Shown here in pieces: positions 14,801 through 22,700 of a DNA stretch of 64,000 nucleotides. The translations under genes and the position numbers were made by a program. Under the pieces are notes generated by a model that worked only from the letters and a program-made list of their open reading frames with translations, did no database searches and was not told the DNA's origin. Source of the DNA: Priapulus caudatus (lineage: Eukaryota); NCBI RefSeq assembly GCF_000485595.1, contig NW_014577072.1, forward strand, positions 157,233-221,232. The letters run 5' to 3'. Positions within the stretch are counted from its first letter, which is position 1, and every line of letters begins with the position of its first letter.

Positions 14801-17430
14801 GTTCTGCACCCTGGATCTTGCGTGGGGTATTGGCAAGGTGGAGATGGAACGCCGCGGATAAGGAGAAGACTGCGTTGGGGAAGTCGTCGGCGGCCTGTTC
14901 AATTCCAGAGTGACGCGCGTCGGACTCTGTAACGCGCACGCCACTATTGAGCGATTGATGGAGGCTGTAACGAGAGGTCTAGCAGTGCAGGAGTGGCCTG
15001 ATGTTACTTGGACGACGTCATGTTCGTCGGGAGGACCGTTTGAAGAAACAGGCCGAGCGCCTCGAGACAAGGAGAAAAGCACAGAGCTGTAACGCCTGTG
15101 AGGCGCAGGGCCTCAAACTGAGCCGGAAAGTGGAGTTGTTCCGACGAAGCGCCATCATTCCTTGACACGGAGGTATCCGCGCGAGGAGTGCGCTGCGACC
15201 GGCGAAGCTGCGGGGGCCGTGGAGAACGTGGAGTCGGCCGCGCATGTGAGGGAGGTACGAGGGTTCTTAGGGTTCGCGAACTACTTACCGAAGTTCATCT
15301 GGCGAGTTTGCGGCCTAAGCGAATGCTGCTCACCACACCTTACGAAGAGAAGACGGTCCGTTTTGAAATGGACAGAGACTGTGAAGACGCGTTTCCATGA
15401 CGATCAAGCGACGAATTGACGGAAGCACCAGTCTCGGTATCCCGCGAAGAGATTGGACAGTTCCATCGGGAATACGGATGCGAAGCGCGGATCGTAATGG
15501 CAGGCGAGTCCCTATTCACAAGTGCAGGATGGGACAAGGACNNNNNNNNNNAATATAACTCCTCTGGTCAGATATTGCGCATGCGATTCACACTAACGTA
15601 GCAAGATTGTGTACTGGCTAGAATATGCAGCGGGGACTTTACATGCAAGGTCTTCCTCCTATTTCTTAAGTGATGTCTACTGATGAAATATTATTATATA
15701 AATCTCTGCTAGGATAACTCCTCTTCATTTTAAATGCATAATCTTTGCAAAATATTATTCTTCTCGCGAGATATTGCGCATGCGCGACCACCGTTTCAGG
15801 TGTGCAACACGGACTGAAGACAACTTCATAATATAGCTTGCTGAGGAAGAAAGGGAGTGGGAGACTAAGGAAAGGCGGCAGGCAAGATAGCTGGCGGCGG
15901 TAGAAGAAGAAGAAGGGCTGAGCGAGGGACAGGGGAGGCAAGGGGAAGAACGCGAGGGCATAAAGTAGGTGTTTTGTTCCCTACAGGCTAGGGCGCTCTC
16001 CTCATTATAAACACAGATCTACGGATAACAATTTATTAGAGAAATCTATGCTTAGATACCCCCTAAGCATATTAAATTTATCTTCATCACAAAATATGAC
16101 TGCTCTGGTGAGATATTGCGCATGCGCTAACACACTAACGTAGCCAGATTGTGTACTGCCTGGTATACGCAGCGGGCACCTTACATGCAAGGTCTTCCTC
16201 CTATTTCTTAAGTGATGTCTACTGATGGAATATTATCATATAAATCTATGCTAGGATAATCCTCTTCATTTTAAATGCATAATCTTTGCAAAATATTATT
16301 CTTCTCGGGAGATATTGCGCATGCGCGACCACTGTTTCAGGCGTGCACTATTGACTGAAGACAACTTCATAATATAGCTTGCTGAGGGGGAAAGGGGGTG
16401 GGAGACTGAGGAAAGGCGGCAGGAAAGATAGCTCAGGGGCGGTAGAAGAAGAAGGAGGCTGAGCGAGGAACAAGGGAGGCAAGGGGAAGGACGCGAGGGG
16501 AAGGACGCGAGGGCATAAAGTAGGTGTTTTGTACCCTACAGGCTAGGGCGCTCTCCTAATTATAAACACAGGTCTACTGATAAAAATGTATTACAGAAAT
16601 CTATGCTGAGATACCCCCTAAATAAATAAATAAATAAATATATGTATATATACATCAAAGTGGACGGCCACGACTGTGGCATGCATGATACTACACATTT
16701 TACACTGATATATGAATACATACGATGCATGTGGTAATTACTCACTTACTCTGGTGTTTATTTTGTAGTAGACAATGCCTGACGGATCACATCCCCACAC
16801 TCCGGCTTGTCCGACACTGACATCAAGCAAGCCACCTCCGATATGTTGCCAGTATGCGTCTGAGATTAATTAAAAACATAGAACCACTAACACGGACGAC
16901 GACATTAGATGTTTAAATATATGCCGATGAGTTTTTTGGCCTGTTATAAACGGTGTACATGATTTCACTAATATATTGTCAAATATTAGTTTACGCTAAT
17001 TATTTTCTTGATAATTCACCAAAGTTTTATCCGGGTCGTACCCGCGCGATGTGTTCCCACTGTGGGATCACTATATCGTCGTGACTGCTATACCTTGTTT
17101 GTAACTGGTGATGCCTGCCGATCTTTGGAGGCGCGGGTCGGGCGCTGTTACACGGAGCTCGCAGCTTCGCGGGCCACATTGCCTGGACGAGTCGTTGACG
17201 CTAAAGCTGCCACAGTTGCCCTTGTTAGCACAGAGTGTGGAGCACCCCACCACGCTCGTTACGTTTCTTCTGGCGATCACCCTGGCCAGCGCCGGCACAG
17301 CGTTCGTGCGCCACACCCTGAATAGCACCGGCACACCATCACATGAATTCACGAGGGTCGCACCGGGTTCGCTTATCACAAGGATAAGCAGCATCACGCA
17401 CAGACGTGAAGCTGGAGAATACGGAAACAT
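6878..17430 (-). CDS. Secreted PAN/Apple-domain + six-tectonin-repeat beta-propeller lectin (tachylectin-1 / fish-egg lectin / tectonin-like), 363 aa, 6 coding exons
   Basis: Manual splice: complement(join(17094..17430,16750..16859,8250..8373,7773..8057,7525..7626,6878..7011)) = 1092 nt. All introns are GT..AG, phases 1,0,1,1,1 are consistent, there is no internal stop, and it ends in TAA. Exon 1 has a hydrophobic N-terminus (LCVMLLILVIS) and a CxxxC-x5-C-x2-F...C pattern typical of PAN/Apple modules. Exons 2-6 encode six repeats of the form W..V.G.L..VS.G...VWG (e.g. GWEQVDGSLKQVSSGDRVVWGVDENNSIFKRTG). The start could instead be Met13 at 17394. Confidence 0.88.
7525..7626 (-). CDS. Lectin exon 5: tectonin blade 5
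   Basis: Acceptor gcgcag|, peptide TGWEQVDGSLKQVSSGDRVVWGVDENNSIFKRT(G), donor |GTATTT. Confidence 0.88.
7773..8057 (-). CDS. Lectin exon 4: tectonin blades 3-4
   Basis: Acceptor cttgtag|, peptide INDDNPTGLKWVQVTGEASLVSAN...GSSWIFMKGWTKWVSVGQAGVWVVSTTNEIFFRIGTGSGVGGE(G), donor |GTATAC. Overlaps ORF-track entry 7681..8031(-). Confidence 0.9.
8250..8373 (-). CDS. Lectin exon 3: tectonin blade 2
   Basis: Acceptor tatacag|, peptide NNRSVKGRRWKKVDGSCRQVSSANNIVWAIAYDNDTLWYRR(G), donor |GTACGT. Confidence 0.88.
9010..10218. repeat. ~541-bp tandem repeat, left part (two full units + one interrupted unit)
   Basis: The unit marker AACCATATTAAATGCAT recurs at 9014, 9555 and 10096 (period 541). Units are highly similar. 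Preceded by (TA)n. Confidence 0.95.
10219..11000 (+). repeat. 5' LTR of the gypsy element (right end approximate)
   Basis: TG start, TATAAAAG at 10502-10509, AATAAA at 10878-10883, short internal repeats (ACCGAAC; GACGATAAGCAGTTGA), and a possible ...TCACA end at 11000. I could not identify a clear primer-binding site, so the 3' boundary is uncertain. Confidence 0.6.
11777..11829 (+). repeat. Poly-G tract (53 nt) inside the gypsy element
   Basis: Uninterrupted G run. Its length may be unreliable. Confidence 0.9.
14084..14255 (+). repeat. Three ~62-bp tandem repeats between the protease and RT regions of the gypsy element
   Basis: GCCATAAGGG..CGGATATAA..C..CAGGAAGA recurs at ~14087, ~14151 and ~14212. 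Confidence 0.75.
14500..15400 (+). pseudogene. Reverse transcriptase region of gypsy pol (multiple frameshifts)
   Basis: RT motifs appear in order from EHMIDTGD through YLDD (15005-15016) to VRGFLGFANYLPKFI, spread over different frames. Confidence 0.85.
15542..15551. other. Assembly gap (10 N, true size unknown)
   Basis: Run of N between the gypsy pol sequence and the resumed tandem repeat. Confidence 1.
15552..16620. repeat. ~541-bp tandem repeat, right part (about two units)
   Basis: The same unit resumes right after the N gap, with a unit boundary at ~16065. The array ends at GATACCCCCTA followed by (TAAA)n. Confidence 0.95.
16750..16859 (-). CDS. Lectin exon 2: tectonin blade 1
   Basis: Acceptor tctcag|, peptide (D)AYWQHIGGGLLDVSVGQAGVWGCDPSGIVYYKINTR, donor |GTAAGT. 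Confidence 0.88.
17094..17430 (-). CDS. Lectin exon 1: signal peptide + PAN/Apple-like domain
   Basis: MFPYSPASRLCVMLLILVISEPGATLVNSCDG...VGCSTLCANKGNCGSFSVNDSSRQCGPRSCEL...SYKQ. Donor AAG|GTATAG at 17094/17093, phase 1. Confidence 0.8.
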
Positions 17431-17728
17431 GACTGAAGCTCTAAGCTACTCTCATCCAACTACGAATGAGTTTCGCCGAGATACTGAATGCTAATGCAGT
17501 ACGCCTGCAGAACAAAATGTTGCATGCATGTGCATGTGCCTAGCAACGCGTTGAATCGGTAGCGCTGGCGGAAATCGTATTTGTATGGTGTGTCTTGTAT
17601 TCGTGCATCAATCACTAATCAGTTACGTGGATAACGACAATAGCATCGTCATGAGAAACTAAATAACTGATGAGAATTTTTTTAAACTGACGCATTCAAG
17701 CCAACACCAAACGAGCACACAGTGCGCG

Positions 17729-17730
<2 letters not shown>

Positions 17731-17789
<59 letters not shown>

Positions 17790-18070
17790 ACATACACATG
17801 CACACACACACGCGCGCTCACACACACGCGCACACACACAACCACACACACACACACACACACACAACTACACACACAACACCCCACACCCACACTACAC
17901 ACACGGCGCGCGCGCACACACCACCACACAGCCACACACACACAACACACACACACACACACACCACACACATACTCACACACACAGCCACACACACACA
18001 CCCACACACACCAGCACACACACACACGCATCGCTGCGCACAGCGACACACACACAACTACCACACACAC
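17731..18070. repeat. (CA)n microsatellite, partly degenerate
   Basis: Visible directly. Confidence 0.95.
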
Positions 18071-18226
18071 AGCCACGAGCCAATACGCGCAGATAAATTG
18101 ATACCCATAGACAGAGAGACAAGTGAAAGACATGGAGAGGAGACAAGTGAAAAGACATGGAGAGGAGACAAAGTAAATATCCAATTATACCTCGTTTTAA
18201 AGATTAAAACGAGGTATAAATAAACG

Positions 18227-19230
18227 ATTAAAATGCTTAACTCGGCCCTACGTCATTATCTTTGGGCGACAGGTCGCCTACGTGTCCCCGTTCTATCCAT
18301 GTGTAGTACGGCGTTTTGGCATTAAGATGGAGACATGGGAAAAGGCATGCACACATGCATGTATACATTGGACAAGGGTGTACATTGTGCAAGGGACCTT
18401 CGGCAGAGCAATGCCACCATATTGAAGTAGCGACGGTGCAATTTTCGTTTCTGTCGGCGTGCCACGCTCCAGATTAAATGCCACGTAACGTCACGTAACG
18501 TCACGTCGTCCCTACGTAATTTCATTTGGGCGATAGGTCGCCGACGTGTCCCCGCTCTATCAAGAGTAGATAATAAACATGTTAAGATAACCATAAAGAT
18601 GTTTATTATCTACTCTTGGCTCTATCCATGCACATTGGTATAGCAAGGGACCTTCCACAGAGCAATGCCACCATATTGAAGTAGCGACGGTGCAATTTGC
18701 GATGCGCACATTCTGTAAACGTGCCACACTCCCGATTAAATGCTTAACGTCGGCCCTACGTAATTTCGTTTGGGCGACATGTCGCCGCCGTGTACGTGCC
18801 CTATCCCTGCGGGGTAAGGCCAGGGACCTTCGGCAGAGCAGTGCCACTACATTGAAGTAGCGAGGGTGCATTTTTTGATGCACTCTTCTTCTAGGCGTGC
18901 TACACTCTAGATTAAATGCTTAACGTTGGCCCTAAGTCATTTTCTTTGCGCGACAAGTCGCCGAAGTGTCCGCGCTCTGACCCTGCACATTGGTAACCCT
19001 ATATAGCCAGGGACCTTCGGCAGAGCAGTGTCACCGCATTGAAGTAGCGAGGGTGCAATTTACAAATGCGTACATCCTCTCTGGAGGCATGTCACACTGC
19101 CCACACTGTACATGCTTAATGTCGGCCCTACGTCATTTCCTTTGGCGACAAATCGCCGACGTACATTAGTATTGATGGGACCTGACCCAGAGCATTACAG
19201 CGACATTGAAGTAGCGAGGGCGCGATTTCA
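18227..19230. repeat. Diverged tandem repeat (five units, ~175-260 bp, last one partial) between the two divergent genes
   Basis: Units start at ~18227, 18473, 18735, 18911 and 19112. Shared blocks are ATGCTTAAC..GGCCCTACGT, GGCGAC-nn-GTCGCC, GGGACCTTCGGCAGAGCA and an invariant ATTGAAGTAGCGA(C/G)GG. Confidence 0.9.
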
Positions 19231-19539
19231 TAATGAAAATGGTTAGAACTCTATGATATTGTTAATTTCAGAAACTAGAATCCTCGCTGTATCCGACAGT
19301 GTGTGTGGCTCGTCCGGTTGCACTGCTGGGACAGATGGGGAATTTTCAAAGCAAGCCATCTTTTTCGCGTAAAATCACATTGCAAAGTGGTCATTTCGTG
19401 TGTGTGCCGGGAAAAGCATGTTTACGGAAGAAATTTTGGAAAATTAAAGTTAACAACATATATGTTCGTCGTCAATTCAGAGGGTGGCATTGTGATTTCT
19501 CAAAAAAGCTCCTGATTATTGAGCTGATTACGGGATTAC

Positions 19540-19672
19540 CTGCTGATTTGCGGGAATTTTGTCTTAAGTATGGCCGCCAATGGGAAATGATTTCCCACCG
19601 TGTCCCCACATGCATAGCTATCTGTCAGCCAATAGCAAATTCATTTTAAAAAGGCGCATCAGGTGCGCTATC
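19540..19672 (+). promoter_or_regulatory. Putative GSTK1 proximal promoter
   Basis: Two CCAAT boxes (19577-19581, 19629-19633) and an E2F-like TTTGCGGGAA (19547-19556) just upstream of the ATG. No clear TATA box. Motif-level evidence only. Confidence 0.45.
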
Positions 19673-19753
19673 ATGGCGGCTAAAGCTCTTTGCAAGACGA
19701 AAATCGAGCTGTTTTATGATGTACTTTCACCATATTCATGGATAGCTTTCGAG
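19673..19753 (+). CDS. GSTK1: GSTK1 exon 1
   Basis: MAAKALCKTKIELFYDVLSPYSWIAFE, start context tatcATGG, donor GAG|GTATTA. Confidence 0.95.
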
Positions 19754-22700
19754 GTATTATATTGTATTATAGTGATCCTCTATCATAGTTATTGTTATTA
19801 TTTTCTGCTTAATAATAGATTGAATTCATATATAGTTTGCATTACTTAAAGCCCGCCGCACACGCTGTGGAACTTGTTGTGCCATCGGCATCGTCCACAT
19901 GTGGAAAGTGGCGCAGCAAGTTCCACAGCGTGTGCGGATGCAAAATCCCTCGATCTGGGTCGTGTGGAAAATATCACACGTGATTGATAATTTCTTCCAC
20001 GTGTGGAAGTTTGAACAGCGTGTGCGGAGCCTTCCACACCCAATTCGCATTGTTCGCTTGGACGCACTATTTTTTTTCAGCTCGCATATCAGGCAGATCG
20101 CATAGATGATACTGATACTGATAGAGCACAGGCCCTTGAAGGCTCAAGTTTCAAGAAGAGTATAAGAGCGAAGCGCTCGCTCGAGGCATATCCAAGAACT
20201 GATCAATCAAACGTCGTGTGAAAGCTCTCTTCAACGACGCTCCGTGTCCAAGCGAACAATGCGAATTGGGTGTGGAAGGCTCCGCACATGCTGTTCAAAC
20301 TTCCACACGTGGAAGAAAATATCAAACGTATGATATTTTCCACACGACCCAGATCGAGGGATTTTGCATCCCCACGCTGTGGAACTTGTTGCGCCACTTT
20401 CCACATGTGGACGATGGCACAGCAAGTTCCACAGCGTGTGCGGCGGGCTTAAAGTCTGAGGAACAGGGAATGGTTGTATAACCTCCTGTACGGCTGTAGC
20501 TCTAGTACTATATATAGCCCTTCGCTCTGCCGCAGGGCTATAGAACATTCTATGTTGAATCCTGCCGCTTTTTCTGCTCCCACTGCTCCCACGAAAAATG
20601 GCTGACAAAACGCAAAATGATCGGGCTTTTTAACACTTATTTATCTATATGGACCATTCACCTATCGTTTTGAACAGTTTCCACAACTTTACACCAAGTA
20701 TTTATGCATTTATTCCTCACAGTGCTAGCCCCACTTGTGCTTCGATTGAAATGTAGGGACAGTGATTTTCCGCGATTGCGGAAAACGGACGGAAAACATG
20801 GAAACGGCCATTGGAAACGGAAAAGATGTTTCAAACGGAAAAATGCGGAAAACGTAATTTGAACATATTACAACATGGAAATTTCAATAAAATCATTAAA
20901 AAAACAAATTCAAAGACAAGTTTCAGAGCAAAATGACTTACAATTACGTCTTTTAGTAGCCCTGTGTTTCGGTGCCAACCCAACTGTCAGTCAGTGACCA
21001 AATACTTTTTTTTCATGCAAATATATGTAAACAGAATATTGTATTTTTGGTGTGTACAATCTCTATGGCAAAACGGAATTTCCATTTTTTCTTTACTTTG
21101 AAACGGAATTCATGATTTTCCCAAACGGAAAAGGCAATTTTTTGAAACGGAAAATCACTGTCCCTAGAAATGCTGTCGCGTACGCGCTTGACGTCACCCG
21201 AAATGTTGACAATACACATGGGCAGCTATGGTGCATTATTTCCCCATTTTATTACTGTGTGGTTAGAATAAAACACTTTAACATTAAACACTTTGCAATT
21301 GGTGCCCAGGATTGCTTCCCTTCCTCTACTATGGCTTAGTATAGCTAGCACTAGTGCAGGACAAGCCAAAATATGTTGTAGCTTGTCCATTGGACAAGCA
21401 ATTTTTTTTTCTTATTTCGAACACTGTATATATATGTGTGTGTGTGTGTGTGTGCGTGCGTGCGCGCGTGAGTGTGTGTGCGTGTGTCATGCACCGAGGA
21501 TGCAATCCATCCATATTTTAAAGCTGCTTTCAGCATTTGACATGTGGCGCAATCGTCGATAAACTACGAGAGTTAGGTTTGGTTAGGATTGCAGACTGTA
21601 TATAGTTGAGGGTCATCATATTGATAATGCCAGAAAGTTTCATTTTGCATTCGATGATGATGATGATGATGATGGATGATGATGATAAAGACAATGACGA
21701 CGATGGCGGCAGAGGCCTGTCGTTCATGCCTGTTCGTTGAAGGGCAACCTTTACAACATATGCGTGCATGGGCGTCTTTAAAATGGATAAACCTTGCAAC
21801 AAAAAGCCTACATACACCTACTGTGAGCATACTTGCAGTATGCAAACATCACGAAATGTTCTTATTGAGCCGGCAGAAATGTGCTGCAAAGTTGACTATT
21901 TTGAAAACTCTGTCAGACAGAGTTTCAGCGTACAGATACACATCGAGCGATGCGACTGAGCACGCTAACAGTAGGCCTACGCAAATACTTCCTGGAAATA
22001 TTATTCTAATGGTTATAATCTAATAATAATAAATTACCTAATGGTCGTGGTCTATCTGTCACCTTAAATAGCTACATATATTGCTAGTCATACCAATGTC
22101 ATCACAAACCTTATTTTGTCAAACAGGTTTTGACAAGGTACCAAAGCAAATGGAACATTGATGTGAAACTACGCCCTTTTTTGCTCGGTGGTGTCATGGC
22201 TGCATCAGGTAAACTTTCATTTCTTTCACGTTATGAAAACGATGTTGGTAATTGTATTGTATATTTCGCGACGAAGTCGGCGGGGATACTGGTTTCATGT
22301 CTGTCCAGCGGCCGCTCGCCGCCGCCGCAGACACTTTCCCTTCCACTTTGTAACTCGGCCCCTAATTGGGCTAGCGCGACCAAACTTGGTATACTTACAC
22401 ATCTTGGGGAGAAGGTGTGTCGCGTACCAAAACCAGGTCACTGAGACCTTTATTTGAACTTGACATTGACCTTGATTTTATTTCCCTTCCGTTCTATAAC
22501 TCGGCCCCTAATTGATGTAGCGCGACCAAACTTGGTAACTTACACATCTTGGGGAGAAGGTGTGTCGCGTACCAAAACCAGGTCACTGCGACCTTTATTT
22601 GACCTTGACATTGACCTTGATCATATTTCCCTTCCGCTATATAACTCGGCCCCTAATTGATCTAGCGCGACCGAACTTGGTATACTTACACATCTTGGGG

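Larger units (their letters stand above)
10219..15541 (+). mobile_element. Ty3/gypsy LTR retrotransposon, frameshifted, 3' part lost in the assembly gap
   Basis: Interrupts the tandem unit exactly after CTTACATG and begins with TGTGACGG (LTR-type TG start). Motifs read across frameshifts: CCHC knuckle-like C..RCG..GH....C (~13037-13085), protease-like GMDIL (~13655-13670), EHMIDTGDQP (~14504), EPSSSP / VVLVTREDGT / DYR, AYPLP, LDLA.GYWQ, DKEKTA, GLCNAHATIERLM, catalytic YLDD (15005-15016), VRGFLGFANY. The protease-then-RT order fits Ty3/gypsy. Confidence 0.9.

Noticed and set aside
9244..16190. Repeated small ORFs (MPPLSLAQP..., GYVSVLAHAQYL...) suggesting a tandem gene family
   Set aside because: They are frames in the 541-bp satellite. 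Frames and stops differ between copies, and most starts are non-ATG.
18124..18135. 12-nt match to the 5' end of miR-71 (TGAAAGACATGG)
   Set aside because: It diverges after 12 nt, lies in a ~25-bp tandem duplication, and has no precursor hairpin.
18227..19230. CRISPR-like array
   Set aside because: Eukaryotic context, ~200-bp units whose intervening sequences are homologous rather than unique spacers, and no cas genes.
19365..19383. 19-mer TCGCGTAAAATCACATTGC shared with 53854-53872
   Set aside because: The similarity does not visibly extend on either side. It may be an old repeat fragment or chance.
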